DNA of 64,000 nt from Streptomyces virus LukeCage. Its lineage: Duplodnaviria > Heunggongvirae > Uroviricota > Caudoviricetes. Where the stretch lies: the IMG/VR virus record IMGVR_UViG_2974629454_000001, positions 59,119 through 123,118 of that record; one strand, given 5' to 3'. Below the pieces are notes generated by a model. The model did no database searches. It saw only the letters and a list, made by a program, of their open reading frames with translations, and had not been told where the DNA came from. Positions within the stretch are counted from its first letter, which is position 1. Each line of letters begins with the position of its first letter. The position numbers and the translations under genes are program-made. Shown one piece after another: positions 18,881 to 27,848 of this stretch.

Positions 18881-19096
18881 ATGGCAATGAGCGATCAGGA
18901 AGAAGTTCGCTTTTACTACAAGCTTGTGCGTGAACTTCCTGAAAAGGAAAGAGTTTACAAGGAGATGCTTAAGAACATTCGTGGTCTTAAGGGTGCAGAA
19001 AAGGATAAGGCTTCAAGGAAGGCCCTTCCTTATGGCATGGAGATTGGTGGAATGAAGGAAACCATCAAGTCTCTCAAGAAGAAGCACAAGCTGTGA
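18881..19096 (+). CDS. hypothetical protein
   Basis: ORF track. Confidence 0.5.
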   Translation: MAMSDQEEVRFYYKLVRELPEKERVYKEMLKNIRGLKGAEKDKASRKALPYGMEIGGMKETIKSLKKKHKL

Positions 19097-19485
19097 ACGC
19101 TGTACTCATCGGCGTTCTACTGCATTTCGTTGGTGACTATCTAATCCAGACGGATTGGATGGCTCAATTGAAGACAAAGAGATGGGCACCGGCCATTCTT
19201 CACGGAGTGACTTATGGTGCTCCATTTCTTTTTGTCACGCAGTCATGGCTAGCTCTACTAGTCATCATTGGAACGCATATCATAATTGATCATTATCGTC
19301 TGGCTCGTCATGTAGTCTGGGCAAAAAACCAATTGGCTCCGCGCGAGTTTAGATACTCCTGGGCCGAAGGTAGCAAGACAGGATACAGAGATGACGCACC
19401 TGTGTGGCTTACCACGTGGCTGATGATCATTGCTGACAACACTATTCATATTGCTATCAATACACTAGCCATCCTCTACCTATGA
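19093..19485 (+). CDS. membrane protein (GTG start)
   Basis: Several hydrophobic helices. Confidence 0.5.
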   Translation: MNAVLIGVLLHFVGDYLIQTDWMAQLKTKRWAPAILHGVTYGAPFLFVTQSWLALLVIIGTHIIIDHYRLARHVVWAKNQLAPREFRYSWAEGSKTGYRDDAPVWLTTWLMIIADNTIHIAINTLAILYL

Positions 19486-19494
19486 GGGTGGCTT

Positions 19495-19640
19495 TTGTCA
19501 TGTCACGACTGTCATGACATCGAGGTGACATGTCACGGTGACAGTGACACTTTTGTCACGGCCTCTGTCACGCTGTCACGCATTGAACAATGTCACGGTG
19601 TCACTCTGTCACGTGACACTTTTCTGATTTGTCACGGGCG
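19495..19640. repeat. iteron-like array: 8 perfect TGTCACG heptamers plus variants and inverted GTGACA, followed by a very AT-rich tract (19700-19820)
   Basis: Seen directly in the sequence at 19501, 19531, 19554, 19566, 19574, 19591, 19607 and 19630. Confidence 0.7.
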
Positions 19641-19821
19641 CGGCGGGCCGGTGCGGAGGGGTTACGTCTTTGCGGTTCTCCATATATCTAAAGGATACAA
19701 GGAAGGAGTTGACAGAACGACAGAGACCTGTTAAGGTAAATTATACTGGGAAGAGAAAAGAAAAAGAGTAAGTGAAATCGGTTTAGAAATCGATACCAAA
19801 TAATAATATAGGATAGTATAT

Positions 19822-20106
19822 ATGAGACTGTTCGAACTACATAGAGACATTGACTCATCAGGAGTCAGCGGCACGGGCATCGTTGCTCAGGGCGTAGAGT
19901 TTGACAACGGACAGTGTGCTATGTCATGGTTGTCTCAGTGGACCTCAGTCGCCTTGTATCCAGACATTGAGACGCTGGAAGCGATTCATGGACACAACGG
20001 CAACACTCGTGTAGTATGGCTAGAGAGCGATTCGAAACTAACTTTCCACGTCCCCCTTGATTCAGAACTTTGGGCCGGACTTGTGGAAAAATACTCTAAG
20101 GATTGA
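19822..20106 (+). CDS. hypothetical protein
   Basis: ORF track. Confidence 0.5.
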   Translation: MRLFELHRDIDSSGVSGTGIVAQGVEFDNGQCAMSWLSQWTSVALYPDIETLEAIHGHNGNTRVVWLESDSKLTFHVPLDSELWAGLVEKYSKD

Positions 20107-20107
20107 T

Positions 20108-20272
20108 ATGTTCAACGGCTTCGGCGACTTCCTTGACATGGTTGACAGGAATATGGCACAGTGGGAAGCAGAACAAGAGAAGATCCGAGAAGCATTCGCT
20201 GAGGGTGTTACTGTCGAGTTTGATGACGGAGAAGTACGAGAGTACGGACCGTTTGACAAGCCCTCACCTTGA
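20108..20272 (+). CDS. hypothetical acidic protein
   Basis: ATG directly after the upstream stop; Shine-Dalgarno AAGGA. Confidence 0.4.
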   Translation: MFNGFGDFLDMVDRNMAQWEAEQEKIREAFAEGVTVEFDDGEVREYGPFDKPSP

Positions 20273-20386
20273 TGCTACTGTAGTTATAGGTGGTCAGTCG
20301 TAAGGGTTACAAAATCCGAATCGGCCCGCTACCTATGAGCAAGTTATTCCTACGCTTAGGCGGAGAATCCCTGCTTGCTCATTATT

Positions 20387-20463
20387 GGCCTCTGGGACTG
20401 CTAGGTTGTGGTCACTGCCCTGTCAAGGCAGACATCAGGCGGGTTCGATTCCCGTAGGGGTCG
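20387..20463 (+). tRNA. candidate tRNA-Asp(GUC) with an enlarged D loop and a 7-nt variable loop
   Basis: Acceptor ggcctct/aggggtc; anticodon arm ctgcc-ctgtcaa-ggcag; T arm gcgggttcgattcccgt. Confidence 0.4.
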
Positions 20464-20501
20464 CTTAAAAGATTAAAACAATAAGGTAATAGCGAGGTTT
20501 A

Positions 20502-20693
20502 ATGACCAAGCGAGAAGCTGCCATTGTGGCAGTATTCACGGGAATACTCATCGGTGATTTTGCCGATATGCACGAGTACATTGAAGAACTAGTTGATCGT
20601 CCAGTGTGGACGCATGAGCTAGCATCAGAGGAGTTTGCTGCCAAGCTTAAGGAACTAGCGAGGCCAGACTTTATGGAAATCGTTGTAGAGTAA
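20502..20693 (+). CDS. hypothetical protein
   Basis: ORF track; Shine-Dalgarno GAGGT. Confidence 0.5.
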   Translation: MTKREAAIVAVFTGILIGDFADMHEYIEELVDRPVWTHELASEEFAAKLKELARPDFMEIVVE

Positions 20694-20708
20694 CCAACAA
20701 AGGATATC

Positions 20709-20945
20709 ATGGCAGACAAGAATTGGAATGTCGAAGGTCATTACACCAAGGACGGTGTAAAGAAGTCTTTCGATAATGTTTATTCAGCTCCGAGCCCTTC
20801 AAGGGCGGAGAAGAAGGCCAAGGCTGATTTCACAAGCTATGTTGCTGCTAAGTACGAAAAGGGCAGCTTCGGTAAGCTTGTAGTTACTAAGGTCACTGAG
20901 TGGACCGAAAAGGATCGCCAGGCGCTTCTTAAGAGGATTAAGTAA
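20709..20945 (+). CDS. hypothetical Lys-rich protein (paralogue of the next gene)
   Basis: ORF track. Confidence 0.5.
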   Translation: MADKNWNVEGHYTKDGVKKSFDNVYSAPSPSRAEKKAKADFTSYVAAKYEKGSFGKLVVTKVTEWTEKDRQALLKRIK

Positions 20946-21163
20946 TGGGTGCGGGCAACAGGGCTAATTGGCAGGTTACTGGGAAGTACGACGTTAAGTA
21001 TCCTGATTCAAAGAAGGCCGTGACAGAGTCTTACAATCTAGCTTTCGATGCAAAGAGTAAGTCTGACGCCCTCAATAAGGCAAAGCAAGACTTCAAGGCA
21101 AACTCCAAGGTTAACGGAATCGTGTATTCTAATCTCCGTGATCTCCAGGCGAAGCCTATTTGA
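20945..21163 (+). CDS. hypothetical Lys-rich protein (paralogue of the previous gene)
   Basis: ORF track; a gcccttcggggc hairpin follows. Confidence 0.5.
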   Translation: MGAGNRANWQVTGKYDVKYPDSKKAVTESYNLAFDAKSKSDALNKAKQDFKANSKVNGIVYSNLRDLQAKPI

Positions 21164-21182
21164 TGTAGCCCTTCGGGGCAAA

Positions 21183-21253
21183 CCCGGCGTAGTGTAATGG
21201 AAACACGATACGTTGTCAGCGTATTATCGAGGGTTCGATTCCCTTCGTCGGGA
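21183..21253 (+). tRNA. tRNA-Asp(GUC)
   Basis: Acceptor cccggcg/cgtcggg; D arm gtgt-aatggaa-acac; anticodon arm atacg-ttgtcag-cgtat; T arm gagggttcgattccctt. Confidence 0.7.
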
Positions 21254-21255
21254 CT

Positions 21256-21330
21256 TTTGGGTCGAATGACTATCGGTTATCTGTCTATGAAACAGACCGA
21301 AACACGGTTCGAATCCGTGGATTGCTTTGG
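21256..21330 (+). ncRNA. tRNA-like module (candidate Y-RNA-like) with canonical T arm and anticodon-like hairpin but no pairing acceptor
   Basis: gggtcgaatgactatcggttatc ... gtct-atgaaac-agac ... cacggttcgaatccgtg. Confidence 0.4.
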
Positions 21331-21374
21331 CGCTAGGTTTACGGTCGATGTCAACAACTTACCCATACAACTTA

Positions 21375-21445
21375 ATTCGGGCCGAATGGAATCGGTTATC
21401 TTACACTGCAAATATAAGGTCGATTCCTACCAACTTGCCCGATCT
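21375..21445 (+). ncRNA. tRNA-like module (candidate Y-RNA-like)
   Basis: Terminal stem tcgggc/gcccga; D-like hairpin ccga-atggaa-tcgg; T-loop-like ggtcgattcc; shares the CGGTTATCTTACA...AAGGTCGATTCC box with 13027-13100 and 14588-14650. Confidence 0.4.
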
Positions 21446-21471
21446 TTTCATTTCTACGGAAGGATCAAAGG

Positions 21472-21807
21472 TTGGACACCGAAGCACGCATTGCGCGTTT
21501 CAAGGAGCTGTGGTCATCAGGCCAAAGCTATTGGGCAGAAGATATCGTTGATGAAATCAATGAAGAACTCGGTGAAGATGAGTTCAAGCTAAAGCATGTG
21601 GAAACAGTCGAAGAGGATACCTCTCGCTGGATGGATCACATGCTAGACATCGTTGAGATTGACGAAGGTGTCTTTGTCGGAGTACGCTGGGAAAGCGGTA
21701 AGACAGAGATGCAAGAGAATATGTATGAAGACGATGATGTCTATCTGCTAGAACGAGTAGAGAAGATCGTTACCACTGTTGAATGGAACGATGTAAAGAC
21801 TCTCTAA
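21472..21807 (+). CDS. hypothetical acidic protein (TTG start)
   Basis: ORF track. Confidence 0.45.
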   Translation: MDTEARIARFKELWSSGQSYWAEDIVDEINEELGEDEFKLKHVETVEEDTSRWMDHMLDIVEIDEGVFVGVRWESGKTEMQENMYEDDDVYLLERVEKIVTTVEWNDVKTL

Positions 21808-21843
21808 AACTAAATGCCCTACGAGGGCCGGAAAGGAAACAAA

Positions 21844-23472
21844 ATGTCCAACGCACTAACTAATGCCGCAAAGGCAACCAACAAGACTTCTCAGAAGCTG
21901 CCAGCAAAGGCAGGACAGGTCAAGAACAACGCTGGTGGATTCGTCTTCCAGGTTTCTGATCAGTCACGCCTTGAGCGCTTTCTGATTCTTGGAACCGATG
22001 GAGGAACGTATTACGTTTCTGAGGTTAACCACACTCAGTCAAACGTAACCTTCCTCAACGAGATGATTGAGCGAGACGAAGCCTCTGTACTGAACACAAT
22101 TGTTGATGTATCTGTCAATGGTCGTGCGTACAAGCAGTCTCCTGCCCTGTTCGCTCTAGCCTCTGTCATTGTCAACGGCAAGGATAAGCAGGCGGTCAAG
22201 GCGGTATTCAACAGGGTCGTAAGGACTGCTACTCACCTCTACGAGGTGGTTAACTACCTTAACGAGCTTGGTGGATGGGGTCGCGCAAAGCGAGAGATCG
22301 TAGCTGGCTGGTTCGACAAGGACGCTGATAAGCTTGCTTATCAGGCTGTCAAGTATCGTTCCCGCACGTTCGGTGGAAACACCTGGACGCTACGAGACGT
22401 AATGCGAAAGGCTCACCCACAGAACGTCAACACGTCTGTTGCTGATTTCGTCCTTGGCAAGGAGCACGCGGCTGTAGATGACCTCCGGGTTATCGAGGGC
22501 TTCAAGCTTATGCAGAAGGCGGAGTCTGTAGAGGCTGTTCACGCAGTTCTGCGGGATTACGAGATGCTTAGCTGGGAGACTATTCCAACGCAGTTCCTCA
22601 CGGATGCTAGCGTTTGGAAGCGACTCTTTGCTAATGGTCAGCTTCGTGGTCAGGCTGCTGTTCGAAACATCACTCGCCTCGCGCGTATTGGTGCTTTCAA
22701 GGACATGCGGTTCGCTGCGAACTTTGCTAGCCAGCTAGCGAATGAGGAAATGATTCGTCAGTCTCGACTGCACCCAATTAACTTCCTTAACGCTGCCGTT
22801 GTTTACGCAGAAGGCCAGGTGGATCGAAAGAACATCTGGGGCGGACGTGTAAAGAACTGGGAGACTGAGGCCGTTATTGTCGATGCAATCGATGAGGCGT
22901 TCCACAAGTCATTCAAGACCATTGAGCCAGCCGGTAAGAGGACGATGCTAGCCATCGACTGTTCCGGTTCAATGAGCACACAGGCTATGGGTCTCGACCT
23001 AAGCTGTGCGCAGGTTGCTGGTGCTATGGCAATGACCATTGCTCGTACTGAGCCAGCTCACATCATCCGTGGTTTCTCTTCACAGGGATACAACTGGCGT
23101 GATAGCGGTATGGCTGAACTAAAGATTACTGGTCGCAGCTCTCTTGCTCAGGCAATGAGTGCAATGCGTGCGGTAAACTGGGGAGGCACAGACTGCTCAC
23201 TGCCAATGACGTGGGCTCTTGAGAATGGTGTGGAAGTTGACACCTTCGTTGTTATCACTGATAACGAGACGTGGGCTGGCAAGATTCACCCATTCCAGGC
23301 TCTCAAGAACTATCGTAAGAGCACAGGTATTGATGCACGACTTGCTGTTCTAGGAGTCGCTTCAACTCCATTCACTATTGCTGATAGTTCCGACCGAGGG
23401 ATGATGGATTTCGTAGGGTTCGACAGCAATGCACCTCGTGTGCTCGCTGACTTCTCTGCGGGTCGCATCTGA
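21844..23472 (+). CDS. rsr: Ro60/Rsr orthologue (TROVE domain + C-terminal vWA)
   Basis: N-terminal RLERFLILGTDGGTYYVSE is the Ro60 signature; C-terminal metal-ion-dependent adhesion site (MIDAS) IDCSGSMS and VVITDNETWAG; length is typical of Ro60. Confidence 0.8.
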   Translation: MSNALTNAAKATNKTSQKLPAKAGQVKNNAGGFVFQVSDQSRLERFLILGTDGGTYYVSEVNHTQSNVTFLNEMIERDEASVLNTIVDVSVNGRAYKQSPALFALASVIVNGKDKQAVKAVFNRVVRTATHLYEVVNYLNELGGWGRAKREIVAGWFDKDADKLAYQAVKYRSRTFGGNTWTLRDVMRKAHPQNVNTSVADFVLGKEHAAVDDLRVIEGFKLMQKAESVEAVHAVLRDYEMLSWETIPTQFLTDASVWKRLFANGQLRGQAAVRNITRLARIGAFKDMRFAANFASQLANEEMIRQSRLHPINFLNAAVVYAEGQVDRKNIWGGRVKNWETEAVIVDAIDEAFHKSFKTIEPAGKRTMLAIDCSGSMSTQAMGLDLSCAQVAGAMAMTIARTEPAHIIRGFSSQGYNWRDSGMAELKITGRSSLAQAMSAMRAVNWGGTDCSLPMTWALENGVEVDTFVVITDNETWAGKIHPFQALKNYRKSTGIDARLAVLGVASTPFTIADSSDRGMMDFVGFDSNAPRVLADFSAGRI

Positions 23473-23517
23473 TCTCTGAGAATTGCCGAAAACCCATCTG
23501 TATGGTATCCTTATCAT

Positions 23518-24042
23518 ATGGATGGGTTTTTTGGTGGTCATAAGGCGGGCGAAGAAGTCGCCGGAAAGAGACTCGTGGCGTATGCTGGCATGAATAAGCA
23601 TCGCCATCATGCATGGACCTGGGAATGTATAAATTGTGGGCGAGTCTCTGGCCCATCTACTTACTCCCATTTGAAGAGGTCTATCAGATGTATCGGCTGT
23701 AACGTTGGAGAAAATAGCGGCCGGTGGAAGGGGTACAAAGAGCTGACTGGTGTATGGTTGGGTCAGTACGCCTATGGAGCAAAGAAGCGCGGAATCGAGT
23801 GGGATGTTACACCTGAACAACTATGGGATCTTTGGATATCCCAAGATGGTAAGTGTGCGTATACTGGAAGACAGCTCAAGCATGGTGTAGACACCTCTCT
23901 TGACAGGATTGATAATAGCAAGGGTTACATTCCAGGAAATATCCAATGGGTTCATCCAGATATCAATAGGATGAAGAGTGATTTCGATGCCTCATACTTT
24001 ATTAAACTATGTGAGGAGGTAAGTAGAAATCAGCAGAATTGA
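23518..24042 (+). CDS. HNH endonuclease
   Basis: Zn-ribbon CINCG...CIGCN followed by SLDRIDNSKGYIPGNIQWVHPDIN (HNH motif). Confidence 0.7.
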   Translation: MDGFFGGHKAGEEVAGKRLVAYAGMNKHRHHAWTWECINCGRVSGPSTYSHLKRSIRCIGCNVGENSGRWKGYKELTGVWLGQYAYGAKKRGIEWDVTPEQLWDLWISQDGKCAYTGRQLKHGVDTSLDRIDNSKGYIPGNIQWVHPDINRMKSDFDASYFIKLCEEVSRNQQN

Positions 24043-24055
24043 AGACGTTGCCGAG

Positions 24056-24199
24056 ATGTATAGAGAAAAGTACGAAAGATCTCTTGCCATTGTTGCTGTT
24101 AAGGATGCAGCAGCTAGAGCACTAGAGCTTGGTGCGGATACTGGTCTCGTTAATCAGGCAATTAATGAAGCATTTGCGCTTTTCAATAAGGAGGCGTGA
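24056..24199 (+). CDS. small hypothetical protein
   Basis: 47-aa ORF ending at a strong terminator. Confidence 0.3.
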   Translation: MYREKYERSLAIVAVKDAAARALELGADTGLVNQAINEAFALFNKEA

Positions 24200-24203
24200 G
24201 CAA

Positions 24204-24232
24204 AGCCCCTTCTTCGGAGGGGTTTTTTGCTA
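24204..24232 (+). terminator. rho-independent terminator
   Basis: cccct tcttcgg agggg ttttttg. Confidence 0.65.
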
Positions 24233-24414
24233 TACTTGACAGATGATTAGTAAAGAAGAACGAAAGCAATTAAAGCTAGCAAGATCAAAGGCAGAGCTAG
24301 TAAGAACTGTGACGAGTGTCTTTCAGATGATTATTGCATCTGTCACTCTCATCATCCTGGTGTACGTGAACTTCCTACGTTGACAAGCTGAGCCAGATGC
24401 GATAGCTTAGAGAC

Positions 24415-24600
24415 ATGAAAGAGGACGAGCCAGGAGTAACGCTCTCCAGTCTGTTCCACATGATCTTTCGTAGGTCTGTCAAGGAACGCCCGGCGACAGA
24501 AGAGTCTACTTGCGGCTATTGTAAGACTAAGTACAATGTCAATGTAGGGCATATGTGCCCATACATCAGAGAACTCTACTCCAAACTGGGGGAACAGTGA
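24415..24600 (+). CDS. small Cys-containing protein
   Basis: ORF track; preferred over the antisense ORF 24352-24636. Confidence 0.4.
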   Translation: MKEDEPGVTLSSLFHMIFRRSVKERPATEESTCGYCKTKYNVNVGHMCPYIRELYSKLGEQ

Positions 24601-24809
24601 ATTACGAAACTCGAACGTATCGATTTCCTGGCTCAATGAAGCTTGCGGATGAGATTGCTATGCTGGCAATTAAGTATCAGCTTCGAGTGAGCAAGCGTAC
24701 TACAACGGGAATTATCAAGAAGTCTCATTTCTTTGAGATCTTTGGCGACACCCCTGCCTTTGGTCGATTTGAGTCAGCCATGGACAGCACTAAGCGGAGG
24801 CTTAAGTGA
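24597..24809 (+). CDS. hypothetical protein (GTG start overlapping the upstream stop)
   Basis: GTGA overlap. Confidence 0.4.
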   Translation: MNYETRTYRFPGSMKLADEIAMLAIKYQLRVSKRTTTGIIKKSHFFEIFGDTPAFGRFESAMDSTKRRLK

Positions 24810-25177
24810 CATTTGAACAGAAGTTCAAGCAGGCTTTCAAGAATGTTCGTAAGGAAAGCGTTGCTGCTAAGATGCAGGTTCAGGAATGCTGTCGAGGCTG
24901 CATTGGTAGGGAAAAGCTAGGAATGGATTCTGACTCCGACCCGTATGTTTACACATACGCTGGTCAGGGTTCAAGGTTGAGGTTTGCGGGCGATTCAGTT
25001 ATTTACGCTGACACTCGCAATCCTGTTCCTCACATCTATGTCTATCATGGAAATGGCGGCGGCGAGAAGTTCGCAGAGGTTGCCAAGTCCCTTGGTCTTG
25101 ATGTAGAGTGGGATGGAAGCAAGTGGTCAGCAATCGTAGTAAAGGTGCCAAATGAAGGAATGCCCAATCTGCGGTAA
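24806..25177 (+). CDS. hypothetical protein
   Basis: ORF track. Confidence 0.5.
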   Translation: MTFEQKFKQAFKNVRKESVAAKMQVQECCRGCIGREKLGMDSDSDPYVYTYAGQGSRLRFAGDSVIYADTRNPVPHIYVYHGNGGGEKFAEVAKSLGLDVEWDGSKWSAIVVKVPNEGMPNLR

Positions 25178-25469
25178 TGAAAAGGAACTTGATGAGTTTG
25201 GCAGGCAGATCACTAATCCTGCCAAGTTCTACAAGTGGTGCCGAGACTGTAGGCTATCGATGGCCAGACGGAAGACAAACAACTTTGACGAAGGTCGAAC
25301 ACTCCGGTCAAAGACTGTTCAGCTAAGAAAGCTGACAGATTCTCAGGTGACTGAGGTCAAGCTTCTTGCTGAATGGAATACTCCGTATGTCGAGATTGCT
25401 GAACAGTATGGTGTTTCCGCAACTACAATTTCAAAGGTCGTAAACAGAGGATATGCAAACGTTTACTGA
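25152..25469 (+). CDS. Zn-ribbon + HTH DNA-binding protein
   Basis: CPICGN...CRDC followed by IAEQYGVSATTISKVV (HTH). Confidence 0.55.
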   Translation: MKECPICGNEKELDEFGRQITNPAKFYKWCRDCRLSMARRKTNNFDEGRTLRSKTVQLRKLTDSQVTEVKLLAEWNTPYVEIAEQYGVSATTISKVVNRGYANVY

Positions 25470-25692
25470 CATGACTGGTCGCCTGCTTAATGTGGGCGAT
25501 AAAGTCATTTTCGCTAGGCCGCGCGGTGGAAATTCAAACGGAGGAATACTGGACACTGGCACTATTGTTAAGATCAGTAGTGACTCAGGTGTAATTTCTA
25601 TTCGTGTTGACAACGGGCCTAAGTCAAAGTATGGTAGAAGAACGGTAGCCACTCCGTGGCACCAACGAAAGTTCTATAAGCTGGAGGACTGA
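25453..25692 (+). CDS. hypothetical protein
   Basis: ORF track. Confidence 0.45.
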   Translation: MQTFTDMTGRLLNVGDKVIFARPRGGNSNGGILDTGTIVKISSDSGVISIRVDNGPKSKYGRRTVATPWHQRKFYKLED

Positions 25693-26084
25693 TGTCTAAT
25701 AGCTGGTTTCATGCTGTAAGCAGCTCTCGTAAGTGGGGCGGAAAGCCAGAAGATTATCTAGCAATCCACGAATGGATTGACGGATCAAAGGCACATTTTG
25801 GTGATGCTCGTCACCGGGCTCTACGACATCACACCGAAGGGTGCTGGGAGGCTGAACGAGTCTTTGGACCGACCATCACAGTAATGAAGAAAAACGGCAC
25901 GGGCTCCCATCAGGTTCCTGTTAGAGAAATTGCAGAGCAGCACGTCTTCGAGGATCTAGGACGTATCCCTAGCCTTGCTGACTGGTTGGAGTGCATGACT
26001 CTCAAGACATGGATGGGTGGAAAGATTAAGAAGTTCCTAGGACGCGAGGACGTTCTAAACAATGTAGTTAAGGATGCTAAATGA
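25692..26084 (+). CDS. hypothetical protein
   Basis: ORF track. Confidence 0.5.
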   Translation: MSNSWFHAVSSSRKWGGKPEDYLAIHEWIDGSKAHFGDARHRALRHHTEGCWEAERVFGPTITVMKKNGTGSHQVPVREIAEQHVFEDLGRIPSLADWLECMTLKTWMGGKIKKFLGREDVLNNVVKDAK

Positions 26085-26120
26085 GCGAAAGAGAAGAAGT
26101 AACCGGACGCCCTATCACAG

Positions 26121-26633
26121 GTGATCGTCAGTATGCCTCAAGTCACATGGTTGAGCAGCGAGATCCATCGAGAATTCGTTGAGGCTATGGATGCCGTTCT
26201 TGCGCATCCTAACGTAGTCGCAGTACGCTGGTCTCAGTACACACCAGGCTTTAATGATGGAGAACCCTGCACCTTTGATGGTCACTCTCCAGAAGTTAGA
26301 CTTACTGGTTTTCCTAAGATCGATGAGGAAGCCGAACTTGAGCTTGAGTCTGGAGATTATCTAGGCGAAGACGAAGAGGGAACCTGGCTTTCAGAATACG
26401 ATCTGTATGAATATCGTAACGAGGCCGGTGAAAGAGATTACCGTAATGGTAGTAGAGTCTATGAAGTCGGTGGACTCGACACTACTGAAATCTCTAAGCT
26501 ACTTGGAGACTTCGAAGGTGTGGTAACTTCTGGCGCACATGATGTGTGGATGAACACCAATTTTGGTGATCCTGCGCAAGTTGTTGCTACCACAGAAGGA
26601 TTCGAGGTAGAATATTACGAGTGTGGTTACTGA
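26121..26633 (+). CDS. hypothetical acidic protein (start 26121 GTG or 26133 ATG)
   Basis: ORF track. Confidence 0.5.
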   Translation: MIVSMPQVTWLSSEIHREFVEAMDAVLAHPNVVAVRWSQYTPGFNDGEPCTFDGHSPEVRLTGFPKIDEEAELELESGDYLGEDEEGTWLSEYDLYEYRNEAGERDYRNGSRVYEVGGLDTTEISKLLGDFEGVVTSGAHDVWMNTNFGDPAQVVATTEGFEVEYYECGY

Positions 26634-26641
26634 GGAGCTAA

Positions 26642-26827
26642 ATGTCTGTTGATAAGATCGATGCTGAACGCATCCTAGACGTTCTGACCAGTCATGTTGA
26701 CGGAGACTGGAACGATGGTCTAGAGTGTTATGTGGGGGCAAGCCACGACGGTGAAACATTGAAGGTCACCGTTACTGACGATGATGAGAATAAGAAGGTT
26801 TTCTATCTCACACTCGAAAGTGACTGA
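26642..26827 (+). CDS. hypothetical protein
   Basis: ORF track; a large hairpin lies at 26828-26875. Confidence 0.45.
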   Translation: MSVDKIDAERILDVLTSHVDGDWNDGLECYVGASHDGETLKVTVTDDDENKKVFYLTLESD

Positions 26828-26881
26828 TCCTCTTTCATAATCATTAGTCATATATAATGGCTAATGAAAGAGAGGTGAAGC

Positions 26882-27154
26882 ATGGCTTACTACCAGATTT
26901 CTCAGTTCTACTACAACTCAGAGACAAACAACATTGTTGTTCAGTTCTCCCTAGTTGGTGAGCCACCAGAGTATGAAACAAACGCTGGTGACCTGCCTTA
27001 CGACGTTTATGAGGCTGAAATCTTCCTAGACGCAGGGCAGAACAAGGTGGGGCAGTACATTCCTGGATCTGCTGATGGAACAGTTCTTCCGCAGACACTT
27101 GGGCGTGACATTGGTCAGTCTCCTGCGGAGATTCCTGACAACCCACTACCTTGA
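26882..27154 (+). CDS. hypothetical protein
   Basis: ORF track. Confidence 0.5.
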   Translation: MAYYQISQFYYNSETNNIVVQFSLVGEPPEYETNAGDLPYDVYEAEIFLDAGQNKVGQYIPGSADGTVLPQTLGRDIGQSPAEIPDNPLP

Positions 27155-27155
27155 G

Positions 27156-27184
27156 TTGACAGAGCTTGAGGACTACGATAGACT
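27156..27184 (+). promoter_or_regulatory. sigma70-like promoter TTGACA-N17-TAGACT
   Basis: Perfect -35, 17-bp spacer, TAnnnT -10; lies upstream of tRNA-Glu. Confidence 0.55.
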
Positions 27185-27223
27185 AGCTATACAGCGCAGG
27201 ACGGAGCGCTTTAATCCGTTCAT

Positions 27224-27299
27224 GCCCCGGTAGGATAGTCCGGTCAAATCCGCCAGACTCTCAATCTGGAGAACACGGGTTCAAATCCCGTTCGGGGTA
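27224..27299 (+). tRNA. tRNA-Glu(CUC)
   Basis: Acceptor gccccgg/tcggggt; D arm ggat/atcc; anticodon arm ccaga-ctctcaa-tctgg; T arm acgggttcaaatcccgt. Confidence 0.7.
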
Positions 27300-27300
27300 C

Positions 27301-27549
27301 GTGCCAGCAAAGATACCAACCCAAATAGAAGCAAGAATAGTAGTGGCCATTCTTTCAGGAATTATCGGCGCACTACTTTCAAGCTTCCTGTTAATGGGAT
27401 GTATCACTGAGAGCAATGAAACAAGCAAGATGAAAGCTTGTGTTTCTAAGAATATGGAGTGGGTAAACGCGCCCGGTGGTCCGGAGTGCAGGAAGCCACT
27501 TGACAGACTACCAGAACCAAGCTACAGTAGTACAAGTAAGCCAGAGTAA
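27301..27549 (+). CDS. putative lipoprotein (LLMGC lipobox); start uncertain
   Basis: Hydrophobic N-terminus then Cys. Confidence 0.4.
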   Translation: MPAKIPTQIEARIVVAILSGIIGALLSSFLLMGCITESNETSKMKACVSKNMEWVNAPGGPECRKPLDRLPEPSYSSTSKPE

Positions 27550-27591
27550 ATCCTCACGAAGTCACATAAGAAGTTGACAAGAGGAGGCACA

Positions 27592-27831
27592 ATGGATACG
27601 ATGGAGTACATCGAGTACATCAAGCAGTTCCCGAAGTGCGAACGGTGTGAGAAGTACGCTTGTCCGCCACACGCATACAAGGATCGCTCAATTACTCGGT
27701 ACGATTACAGCATGGTTTGTGATGGGATTCCGACATGGGGTCCTGATCCATTCGCAGAAGAGATTCACGACGATCACTCTGACTACTTCATGTGTGATGG
27801 TGAGCGTTATGAATCTGGTCAGTGTATCTGA
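27592..27831 (+). CDS. Cys-rich protein
   Basis: AGGAGG Shine-Dalgarno 5 nt upstream of the ATG. Confidence 0.45.
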   Translation: MDTMEYIEYIKQFPKCERCEKYACPPHAYKDRSITRYDYSMVCDGIPTWGPDPFAEEIHDDHSDYFMCDGERYESGQCI

Positions 27832-27848
27832 CAGCCCGTAAGGGCAAT

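Noticed and set aside
19495-19640. Short-repeat array considered as a possible CRISPR
   Set aside because: The repeats are 7 nt, irregularly spaced, in both orientations, and have no unique spacers. This fits an iteron or binding-site array, not a CRISPR.
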